The notes under the pieces: model-generated
The model's database searches: none
The model's input: only the letters and a program-made list of their open reading frames with translations
What the model was told of the DNA's origin: nothing
Source: an uncultured Candidatus Saccharibacteria bacterium
Lineage (GTDB): Bacteria; Patescibacteriota; Minisyncoccia; Minisyncoccales; PEYH01
Assembly: GCA_964636195.1 (NCBI GenBank)
Contig: CAZWQR010000003.1
Coordinates: 1 to 42,297 of the forward strand
DNA length: 42,297 nucleotides
Direction: 5' to 3'
Made by a program: the position numbers and the translations under genes
In this document: positions 8,634 through 15,422 of the stretch, piece after piece
Layout: the number at the start of each line of letters is the position of its first letter
How positions within the stretch are numbered: position 1 is the first letter of the stretch

Positions 8634-9308
8634 CTAGAGAGCTTGTTTTTTCAACCATTGGCCAAAAAGACACTCCTGGCTATGTTTTCGCGGCGCCTTA
8701 GCTTTTAAAAACAAAACTGCTTCTTTAAAAATATTTTCAATGTAGGAAGGATCTGTCTCAATAATATGTATTTCTTTTCTAAAAGGCAGTTTATCTTCAA
8801 ACGGATTTTCTTTGTCGACAATATAAAAAGCTAAAATAGCTTTTCTGGGGGTAGAATAGCCATTCTTCTCTAAAAGATATGTGTAAACATCCATTTGGAG
8901 CTGGAATCGGTCATAAATTTTGGGGATACTCTTGCCGGTTGATTTGTAGTCAAAAGGAGCTAACTTTCCATTTCCAAAATCTAAAATGTCATCTGGCAGA
9001 CCAAACAAAGTAGCTTTTAACTCCTTATCATAATATCTAAGCCCCTTATTAATATTTCGCCACTCGTCCAAAAGCGCTTGATTAGAAAAAAGCTTAGCTG
9101 GAATATTATTGGCCTCCAACAAAGGATGGCTCCCTTGTTTGCGGCAGCTATCAAACTCCTGCTTTAAGATAGCATCTACTTCTAAGTTTAATTGAAATGG
9201 ATAAGGACTTGGCCTTTCAATACCTTTTGCCTTTTTAAGCCAAAAACACAAAGGACACTCAAAATAGAGAGCCAGTGACTTAGGAGATAGCTTAAGCTCT
9301 TTTTGCAT
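8634..9308 (-). CDS. PD-(D/E)XK (Cas4/RecB-like) nuclease family protein, paralog B
   Basis: N-terminal ECPLCFW. Motifs GLPDDI, FDYKS (D-x-K) and QMDVYTYL (QxxxY). Lacks the C-terminal CxxC seen in paralog A. Confidence 0.75.
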   Translation of the reverse strand: MQKELKLSPKSLALYFECPLCFWLKKAKGIERPSPYPFQLNLEVDAILKQEFDSCRKQGSHPLLEANNIPAKLFSNQALLDEWRNINKGLRYYDKELKATLFGLPDDILDFGNGKLAPFDYKSTGKSIPKIYDRFQLQMDVYTYLLEKNGYSTPRKAILAFYIVDKENPFEDKLPFRKEIHIIETDPSYIENIFKEAVLFLKAKAPRKHSQECLFGQWLKKQAL

Positions 9309-10074
9309 TTTTCTTCATTTTTTTATAGGCCTCTTGGGCAGCCGCTTTCCTATAATTACAATAGTCGCAATCCTCGGCCATCTCAGGAATCTCTTCACTC
9401 AAAAGGCACTGATGCAACTCTTTAATCGTTTTTTGAACCCAAGAATCGTCTCCCTCGTAGGGAATCACTTTAACATCAAACTCAATTTTTTTATCAAAAG
9501 CCTTAGTATCTGTTTTTCCGTTACAATAAACAAAATAACCAATATTAGAAACTTTAAAATTATTCTTTCTAAAAAGCCATTGATAAATCTCCATCTGACG
9601 CTTATAAGCAATTTGCCAAGGAGCATCTAAACTGACCTCACCATTTTTTGAGGTAGCCTTATAATCTACAATATGGAGCTCTCCTTGAGGATTAATCCAG
9701 ACATCGTCTATAGCCCCCATTATTAAAAGATTTGTCTCTGGATCAAGATAAGTAATGCCTCGTCTCACGTCTCTCCACTCATCTATTTTCTCATGTTCAA
9801 AAGGAATAGCATCAATCCCATATTCTTCCATTAGGGGGTGTTTAGACTTCCCTGCCCTATGAATATCAAACTCCTTTTTTAGAAGCGTATCTACGGCCGA
9901 ATTAAGGGTAAAAGGATAACCAGGTGGACGAGCGACTCCTAAACGCCTATCCATATAGAAACATCTAGGACATTCTAAAAACAAATCAATCTTAGAACGG
10001 CTAATTCTAAAAGGAATTTTACTGTCCGGCTTAAAGATATTATTTGTTCTTTTTGAGTTATAGTAATCAGACAT
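9292..10074 (-). CDS. PD-(D/E)XK (Cas4/RecB-like) nuclease family protein, paralog A
   Basis: N-terminal ECPRCFY. Motifs GAIDDV, IVDYKAT and QMEIYQWL. C-terminal CDYC gives four Cys in total. TAATG overlap with the upstream PEBP gene. Confidence 0.8.
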   Translation of the reverse strand: MSDYYNSKRTNNIFKPDSKIPFRISRSKIDLFLECPRCFYMDRRLGVARPPGYPFTLNSAVDTLLKKEFDIHRAGKSKHPLMEEYGIDAIPFEHEKIDEWRDVRRGITYLDPETNLLIMGAIDDVWINPQGELHIVDYKATSKNGEVSLDAPWQIAYKRQMEIYQWLFRKNNFKVSNIGYFVYCNGKTDTKAFDKKIEFDVKVIPYEGDDSWVQKTIKELHQCLLSEEIPEMAEDCDYCNYRKAAAQEAYKKMKKNAKRA

Positions 10075-10670
10075 TATTTTCTTTGATAATTACCAATTAA
10101 TTGGGCCTCAGCTAAAATATGGCCCATGATTGTTTGCTCTAAATCCCCTTTTTGAGCACCCTCTTCAAGGTTAAGTATACTGTCTAAGGCATAAAGCTTA
10201 AATATATAGCGATGGCTGCCGCTTGGCGGACAAGGACCTCCATAGCTCTTGTTGCCAAAACTATTTATCCCTTCAACTGCCCCTTGAGGAATAGTATTCT
10301 CCTCTATTAAAGAAATTTTGGGATTAATATTCCACAGAAGCCAGTGAGTCCAAGTACCAGCTGGAGCATCGGGATCGTCCACTATTAAAGCCAAACTCTT
10401 AGCTTCTGGAGGTACTCCTTGCACCTCCAAGGGCGGGCTTATATTCTCTGAATCACAAGTGTATTTTGAGGGGATTTCGCCATTATTTTCAAAAGCGGAG
10501 CTAATAATTTTCATATTCAAATCAACCGAAGCGGTTGGAATTAATTTTACCGAAGCGGTTGGAGTTAATTTTAATGTAGTATCAGGATTTGGAGAATGTT
10601 GAGAAAAATAGAAAACAATAGCAATAATAATTAAAACTAAACCAGCAATAATTATTAAAGTTTTACTCAT
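10074..10670 (-). CDS. YbhB/YbcL (PEBP / Raf-kinase-inhibitor-like) family protein with N-terminal membrane anchor
   Basis: Motifs DDPDAPAGTWTHWLLWNI and GPCPPSGSHRYIFKLYALD, plus an N-terminal TM or signal segment. Confidence 0.85.
   Translation of the reverse strand: MSKTLIIIAGLVLIIIAIVFYFSQHSPNPDTTLKLTPTASVKLIPTASVDLNMKIISSAFENNGEIPSKYTCDSENISPPLEVQGVPPEAKSLALIVDDPDAPAGTWTHWLLWNINPKISLIEENTIPQGAVEGINSFGNKSYGGPCPPSGSHRYIFKLYALDSILNLEEGAQKGDLEQTIMGHILAEAQLIGNYQRK
10525..10572. repeat. 24-bp tandem duplication inside the PEBP gene
   Basis: accgaagcggttgga[a/g]ttaatttt occurs twice with 1 mismatch. It encodes KLTPTASV/KLIPTASV. Confidence 0.9.
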
Positions 10671-10677
10671 ATTCTTT

Positions 10678-10686
10678 ATTTTACCA
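10678..10686 (-). promoter_or_regulatory. extended -10 (TGgTAAAAT) 7 nt upstream of the PEBP ATG
   Basis: Minus-strand TGgTAAAAT, then aaagaat, then ATG at 10670. No SD. Confidence 0.45.
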
Positions 10687-10703
10687 AAAAACCATCATTT
10701 TGC

Positions 10704-10733
10704 AAAAAAAGGCGCAGCTCTAGGCTACGCCTT
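10704..10733 (-). terminator. terminator after the orphan membrane-protein gene
   Basis: Stem aaggcg/cgcctt spanning the stop codon, followed by T7 on the minus strand. Confidence 0.5.
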
Positions 10734-11126
10734 TGAAACCCTTCTTAGTACCCAGCTCGCCAAAGCACTGGCAAGGAGGGCACTGAAGAAGAAAGTTACC
10801 ACAAAGATGCCTGCCTGGCCTATGATGGCCTCATAGAGGCCAGCCACGACCAGGGAGACTGCTAAACCGCAAAGAGTAAAGGAAATCTTCCTTGGCTTAG
10901 TAGGAATACTCCACGGCCTTGGAAAATCCGCATTCTTTGCGATCTTCTCAAAGAGTCCCAGCCAGCAAGCTATAAAGGTTTTTTGACTAAGCTTCAGGAG
11001 ACTAAATACCATTCCCGAAGCCCAAGTATAAGGGCTCTTTCGAAGTTGGCTAAAATTGAGCTTTAAGTTGCTCTTTTTGGCCTTACCGTATTTTCTTTTG
11101 AAAGTACGGTAATCAAACAACAACAT
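10725..11126 (-). CDS. hypothetical membrane protein (133 aa), SD-led G+C-richer cassette
   Basis: ATG at 11126 lies 8 nt behind AGGAGG. The C-terminal half has two hydrophobic helices. Flanked by terminators. No family recognised. Confidence 0.55.
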   Translation of the reverse strand: MLLFDYRTFKRKYGKAKKSNLKLNFSQLRKSPYTWASGMVFSLLKLSQKTFIACWLGLFEKIAKNADFPRPWSIPTKPRKISFTLCGLAVSLVVAGLYEAIIGQAGIFVVTFFFSALLASALASWVLRRVSKA

Positions 11127-11166
11127 ATCCACCACCTCCTTTTTATATTATACCATATAAACAACT

Positions 11167-11190
11167 AAAAAACAAGGGAGAAATCCCCTG
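11167..11190 (-). terminator. weak terminator after the HD-domain gene
   Basis: Imperfect 7-bp stem caaggga/tcccctg followed by T6 on the minus strand. Confidence 0.4.
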
Positions 11191-11212
11191 CTTTATAGTT
11201 TTTGATTATGCT

Positions 11213-11815
11213 CTAAACAAAAAGAGACAAAAGATTGTACAACTGCTCGTTGGTGTTTTTGGCTATTGGTAAAACATATTCCTCGAGTTCCTTTTCCCAG
11301 CGAGGAATTTTTTTGTAATTAGGATGGCCTTCTGGAATATATTTCATTGCTTGCATATTATCTAAAATATCACAGAGCTTTAGAATTCTTATCTTTTCGT
11401 CAGCTTGAGCAATTTGTTTAAATTTTTTCGGCTTATTTAAAAGCTTTTGCTCTTCGGTCTCATTCTCTGGCCTTTCTCTAGTTAGCCCCTTTACTAAACG
11501 AGCCGTTTCTATACTAAAACCATTCTCAATATGTTCTATCGTATAGCCAGAATCCTCTATTAAATCATGCATCAAAGCGGCACAAATCATATCTGGATCA
11601 GTAATGCCTAATTTTTCAGGAAGAATGAGGGCGGTCCTTATACAATGGATAACATAAGGCGCTCCGCTGTCTCTAAACTGATTAGCATGACCGGCTTCGG
11701 CCCAGCTCAAGGCCTTGAAACACCGTTCTTTTTCTTTGCCCTTAAAACTATTTAAAAATCTTATTAATTTATTCCTTTGATAATCTATGTCTAAAAATTT
11801 ATTATCTCCATTCAT
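11213..11815 (-). CDS. HD-domain protein, RelA/SpoT-type (p)ppGpp hydrolase-like (small alarmone hydrolase-like)
   Basis: H...HD pattern: GHANQFRDSGAPYVIHCIR...AALMHDLIEDS. About 200 aa with no synthetase domain. Confidence 0.75.
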   Translation of the reverse strand: MNGDNKFLDIDYQRNKLIRFLNSFKGKEKERCFKALSWAEAGHANQFRDSGAPYVIHCIRTALILPEKLGITDPDMICAALMHDLIEDSGYTIEHIENGFSIETARLVKGLTRERPENETEEQKLLNKPKKFKQIAQADEKIRILKLCDILDNMQAMKYIPEGHPNYKKIPRWEKELEEYVLPIAKNTNEQLYNLLSLFV

Positions 11816-11823
11816 ATTAATTT

Positions 11824-11852
11824 AAGATAACACTAGTTATATTAATGAGCAA
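11824..11852 (-). promoter_or_regulatory. candidate promoter for the HD gene (TTGCTC-17-TATCTT), 8 nt before the ATG
   Basis: Minus-strand hexamers at 11852-11847 and 11829-11824, ATG at 11815, no SD. Confidence 0.45.
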
Positions 11853-11864
11853 GTAATGAACTCT

Positions 11865-11896
11865 GTATCTTGCAAGTATCTTGCAGTATCTTGCAA
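11865..11896. repeat. three tandem copies of GTATCTTGCA(A)
   Basis: Units at 11865-11875, 11876-11885 and 11886-11896. The last runs into the inverted repeat. Confidence 0.85.
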
Positions 11897-11948
11897 CGAG
11901 GCCCGTCCTCGTTGTGGATAACTGCAACGAGGACGGGCCTCGTTGCAA
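11891..11948. repeat. perfect 24-bp inverted repeat with 10-bp spacer; each arm is itself a hairpin
   Basis: ttgcaacgaggcccgtcctcgttg (11891-11914) is the reverse complement of 11925-11948. Each arm contains caacgagg/cctcgttg. tgtggataa (reverse complement of TTATCCACA) lies at 11913-11921. Confidence 0.95.
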
Positions 11949-11999
11949 AAGCTAAGTTTCAAGGTAAGTTCCAAACTAGTTTTTAAGGTAAGTTTCAAG

Positions 12000-13265
12000 C
12001 TAGCTTTCCCTTTTATAGTATTCCTTTTCACCTATCTCTTTGGGGAAATGAGTTTGCTTGGATTTTTTCTCTGGCAAATCATGAGCATATTCATACCCCT
12101 TGCCATAGCCGAGTTTACCCATTAATTTAGTTACTGCATTTCTCAGATGCAGAGGCACTCCAAAAGAACCTTTTTTAGCATCTTCTTTTGCTTTCAAAAG
12201 GGCGGTATAAGAAGCATTGCTTTTTTTAGCGCTAGCTAAATAAGTTACGCCTTGGGCAAGGTTAATCTGAGCTTCTGGCATTCCCACAAACTGTACTGCC
12301 TGAGCTATGCCTGCAGCCACTTGAATGGCTTGAGGGTCAGCATTGCCAATATCTTCAGAAGCAAAAATAACCATTCTCCTGGCAATGAACCTTGGGTCTT
12401 CGCCTGATTCTATCATCCGAGCCAACCAATAAAGAGCGCCATTGGGGTCAGAATCCCTCAAGCTCTTAATAAAGGCAGAAATTAAATTATAATGTTCTTC
12501 GCCTTTTTTATCGTAACGCAAGGCATGTTCTTTCAAAATATTAGAAAGCTCGCCTGCTTTTATTTTCTTTTTTCCTTTTAAATTATTAACTACAAACTCC
12601 AACCCATTCAAGGCAACTCTGGCGTCTCCATCAGCAAAAGCAGCAAGGCGCTCAAGCGCTTCCTTTTCAATCTCCAAATTGAAAAATCCTAAACCGTTAT
12701 TCTTATCTTGAAGCGCTCTCAAAATTATTTTTTCTAGGGCCTGCTTGCTTAAAGAATTTAAGACATAAACAGCTGAGCGCGACAAAAGCGGAGAAATTAC
12801 TTCAAAAGAAGGATTCTCAGTTGTAGCGCCAATTAAAACCACGGTACCGTCTTCTACATACGGAAGCAGGGCATCTTGCTGGGCTTTATTAAAACGATGA
12901 ATCTCATCAATAAAAAGAATGGTACGCTGATTATTATACTTTAATCTTTCCCTGGCTTTTTCAATTGCTTTCCTCACCTCATTAATTCCTGTAGTAACAG
13001 CCGAAAATTTAACAAAGCGAGCCTTGGTCTTTTTGGCAATGATTCTTGCCAAAGTGGTTTTTCCTGTACCGGGCGGACCCCAAAAAATTAAAGAAGTAAG
13101 CTTGTCGTTTTGAATAGCCCTTCTCAAGGGGCTATTTTCACCAACTAAGCGTTCTTGACCAAAAAAAGCATTAAAATCGTCGGGTCTTACCCTATCAGCC
13201 AAAGGAGCCTGGCTCCTTAAATTTTTTTCTAAATTTTTATCAAATAAATCAGACACTAATTCCAT
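12000..13265 (-). CDS. rarA: replication-associated recombination protein A (AAA+ ATPase)
   Basis: Walker [12 protein letters not shown], Walker [10 protein letters not shown], MgsA-type C-terminal domain. I prefer the ATG at 13265 over the upstream TTG at 13292, which lies in the idi terminator T-run. Confidence 0.9.
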   Translation of the reverse strand: MELVSDLFDKNLEKNLRSQAPLADRVRPDDFNAFFGQERLVGENSPLRRAIQNDKLTSLIFWGPPGTGKTTLARIIAKKTKARFVKFSAVTTGINEVRKAIEKARERLKYNNQRTILFIDEIHRFNKAQQDALLPYVEDGTVVLIGATTENPSFEVISPLLSRSAVYVLNSLSKQALEKIILRALQDKNNGLGFFNLEIEKEALERLAAFADGDARVALNGLEFVVNNLKGKKKIKAGELSNILKEHALRYDKKGEEHYNLISAFIKSLRDSDPNGALYWLARMIESGEDPRFIARRMVIFASEDIGNADPQAIQVAAGIAQAVQFVGMPEAQINLAQGVTYLASAKKSNASYTALLKAKEDAKKGSFGVPLHLRNAVTKLMGKLGYGKGYEYAHDLPEKKSKQTHFPKEIGEKEYYKRES

Positions 13266-13292
13266 CTTAGCTTTAGGGTCGTTTTTTTTCAA

Positions 13293-13315
13293 GAAAAAAA
13301 CCGCTAAACAGCGGG
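13293..13315 (-). terminator. short terminator after idi
   Basis: 5-bp stem ccgct/agcgg with a 4-nt loop, followed by T7 on the minus strand. Confidence 0.5.
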
Positions 13316-13348
13316 AAATCAGAAAATATAATTTAGAGAATTGCTTCC

Positions 13349-13891
13349 TTAATTAACAGATAACTGCTGCCAAAATCTTTCCATAATAATCTTAAGCCAA
13401 ACGGTATAATCGTTTGGATTTTCTTCTATATCCTTTTTTAGCGCTTCAATGTCAATCCACTTTATATCCCCCACCTCAGCGGGATCAGGAGCTATCTTGC
13501 CGTCATATTTGCCTTTAAAAAGATGATCTATCTCATTTTCCGTTAAACCGTTATCAAACTCAGCTTTGTAATGAAAAACGCCTATCTTTTCTAGCTCGCA
13601 ATCAAATCCCATTTCTTCTCTTAATCGCCTTTTAGCTGCCGCTTTAATATCCTCTTGAGGATAAGGGTGGCTACAACAGGTGTTAGACCAAAGTCCCGGG
13701 CAGTGGTACTTTCCTTGAGCCCTTTTTTGAAGAAGAACCTTGCCCTCAGAGTTTACGACCATAACAGAAAAACAACGATGAAGCTGTCCTCTTTTGTGAA
13801 CCTCCATCTTTTCTCCATAGCCTAAAACATTATCATCTTCATCAACTAAAATTATTCTTTTATCTGCCGAATCTTCTTTGCCTATTATCAT
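13349..13891 (-). CDS. idi: isopentenyl-diphosphate delta-isomerase, type 1 (Nudix)
   Basis: LHRCFSVMV...QKRA..K...PGLWSNTCCSHP and a Nudix-like E-rich helix. Adjacent to uppS. Confidence 0.85.
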   Translation of the reverse strand: MIIGKEDSADKRIILVDEDDNVLGYGEKMEVHKRGQLHRCFSVMVVNSEGKVLLQKRAQGKYHCPGLWSNTCCSHPYPQEDIKAAAKRRLREEMGFDCELEKIGVFHYKAEFDNGLTENEIDHLFKGKYDGKIAPDPAEVGDIKWIDIEALKKDIEENPNDYTVWLKIIMERFWQQLSVN

Positions 13892-14540
13892 AGTCTTTTA
13901 AAATCTTTTTAAATTCTTGTTCATTAAAATCGGGCCAATATTTATCTGAAAAATAGAGCTCGGAATAGGCACCCTGCCAAATTAAAAAATTAGAAATTCT
14001 TTTTTCTCTGCCGGTTCTAATGATTAGGTCTGGATCTTTTAAGCCTTGTGTCCAAAGATTTTTAGATATTAACTCCTCATCTATTTTAGTTATTCCCCTT
14101 TTTAAAATCCTTGTCACCGCCCTTACAATATCTGCTCTTCCGCCGTAGGAAAGAGCAATATTAAAAATCAAATCTTTACTGTTGAAAGTTTCGGTTTCAG
14201 CTTTTTTGATTTTTTGCTGAATCTCTCTAGAAAACCTTTCTTTTTGCCCTAACACATTTAATTTTATCTTATTCTCTTTTAATTCCTTAATCCTCTTTTC
14301 AGAAAAAAGATCTAAAAAAAGATTTATCAAATAATCAACTTCTTTTTGGGACCGATTCCAATTTTCAGTAGAAAAAGCAAAAACTGTGAGAATTTTTATT
14401 TTGTATTTTTTACAAAGCTTCAGCGTTCTTTCTAGGGCTTTTACGCCTGCCCGATGCCCTTCTAAACTGGGAAGACCTCTCTTCTTAGCCCATCTGCGAT
14501 TGCCATCCATTATAATGGCTATGTGTTGGCAAGCTGCCAT
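13860..14540 (-). CDS. uppS: undecaprenyl/isoprenyl diphosphate synthase (cis-prenyltransferase)
   Basis: HIAIIMDGNRRWAKKRG, FAFSTENW and RTGRE.RISNFLIWQ motifs. The ATG at 14540 is preferred; the TTG at 14546 is also possible. Confidence 0.9.
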   Translation of the reverse strand: MAACQHIAIIMDGNRRWAKKRGLPSLEGHRAGVKALERTLKLCKKYKIKILTVFAFSTENWNRSQKEVDYLINLFLDLFSEKRIKELKENKIKLNVLGQKERFSREIQQKIKKAETETFNSKDLIFNIALSYGGRADIVRAVTRILKRGITKIDEELISKNLWTQGLKDPDLIIRTGREKRISNFLIWQGAYSELYFSDKYWPDFNEQEFKKILKDYDNRQRRFGR

Positions 14541-14546
14541 AATCAA

Positions 14547-14552
14547 ATTCTA
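14547..14552 (-). promoter_or_regulatory. -10-like TAGAAT 6 nt upstream of the uppS ATG
   Basis: Minus-strand TAGAAT, then ttgatt, then ATG at 14540. The -35 is weak. Confidence 0.35.
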
Positions 14553-14647
14553 AATCCGGCCTGCTTATAAAATAACAAAAAATCCAACCCAAAGAAAAAG
14601 ATAATAAACAAGCCAGAAAAAATATTAATAATAAGGGGAAATTATCC

Positions 14648-14676
14648 TTGACTTTTTTTATTAATTCTGATAGCTT
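14648..14676 (+). promoter_or_regulatory. candidate rpmA promoter (TTGACT-17-TAGCTT), 9 nt before the ATG
   Basis: TTGACT at 14648-14653, TAGCTT at 14671-14676, ATG at 14686, no SD. Confidence 0.5.
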
Positions 14677-14685
14677 TATCATAAT

Positions 14686-14958
14686 ATGTCTAAGACAAAA
14701 TCAGCTGGAACAAGTAAATTAGGTAGAGATTCAAAGCCCAAATATCTTGGAGTGAAACTTTCTGATGGCCAAAAAGTTAATCCAGGAAATATAATAGTCA
14801 GACAGCGAGGCACCAAATTTATTGCTGGCAAAAATGTTAAGTGCGGCAAAGATCACACTCTCTACGCTCTTAAAGAAGGAACAATTAAATTCGCCACTAA
14901 AAGAGTAAAAAAATTTGACGGCAGTCAGGTTAAAGCTAAAATTGTCTCTGTAGAATAA
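14686..14958 (+). CDS. rpmA: 50S ribosomal protein L27
   Basis: KSAGTSKLGRDS...LGVK...G.IIVRQRGTKF.AG.NV..GKDHTL.A matches the L27 signature. Confidence 0.93.
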   Translation: MSKTKSAGTSKLGRDSKPKYLGVKLSDGQKVNPGNIIVRQRGTKFIAGKNVKCGKDHTLYALKEGTIKFATKRVKKFDGSQVKAKIVSVE

Positions 14959-14960
14959 AG

Positions 14961-15422
14961 TTATTCCTCCGCTTCTTCAACCCGAGCTTCAACGATTAAG
15001 GAAATATTGGCTTCCAGGTGATGCTCAAGCTCTATCTTAACCGGAAACTCCCCCAACTCCTTAATCGGCTTATCCAGGGCAACCTGGTCTTTTTTTATCT
15101 CAAATCCCATTTTTTGAAGCCGTTCGGCTATTTTACCTTTAGTGACGGCCTCAAATAACTGATCTTGTTTGCCTGATTTAACAAAGAACTCAATAGCTTG
15201 GCCCTCTAATTTGGAGGCAAGCTCTTGGGCCTTTTTTAGATCTTGTTCCGCCTGTAATTCCGCCGCTCTCTTTAATTCCCTAAGCTTAGCCAAGCTAGCT
15301 TCGTCAGCCTTCTTAGCTAAACCTTTGGGAATCAAAAAATTACTGGCATAGCCATCTTTTACATTCTTAACTTCGTATTTTTTGCCTATCTTGGCAACAT
15401 CTTTTAATAGAATTACCCTCAT
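14961..15422 (-). CDS. rplI: 50S ribosomal protein L9
   Basis: [33 protein letters not shown] is the L9 N-domain signature. Confidence 0.9.
   Translation of the reverse strand: MRVILLKDVAKIGKKYEVKNVKDGYASNFLIPKGLAKKADEASLAKLRELKRAAELQAEQDLKKAQELASKLEGQAIEFFVKSGKQDQLFEAVTKGKIAERLQKMGFEIKKDQVALDKPIKELGEFPVKIELEHHLEANISLIVEARVEEAEE

Noticed and set aside
9334-9630. 98-aa plus-strand ORF inside nuclease paralog A.
   Set aside because: It is a shadow ORF opposite a motif-supported CDS.
11837-12125. Two small ORFs (64 aa minus strand, 60 aa plus strand) across the rarA/HD intergenic repeats.
   Set aside because: Their translations are just the repeats read through (LKLTLK..., FKVSSKLVFKVSFK). 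They overlap the palindrome and the rarA 3' end and have no RBS or promoter logic.
14485-14682. 65-aa minus-strand membrane-like ORF upstream of and overlapping uppS.
   Set aside because: Its ATG is 3 nt from the divergent rpmA ATG. It would contain both the rpmA promoter and the uppS -10 (TAGAAT-6-ATG). It overlaps uppS by about 56 nt in another frame. The region is better explained as a divergent promoter region.
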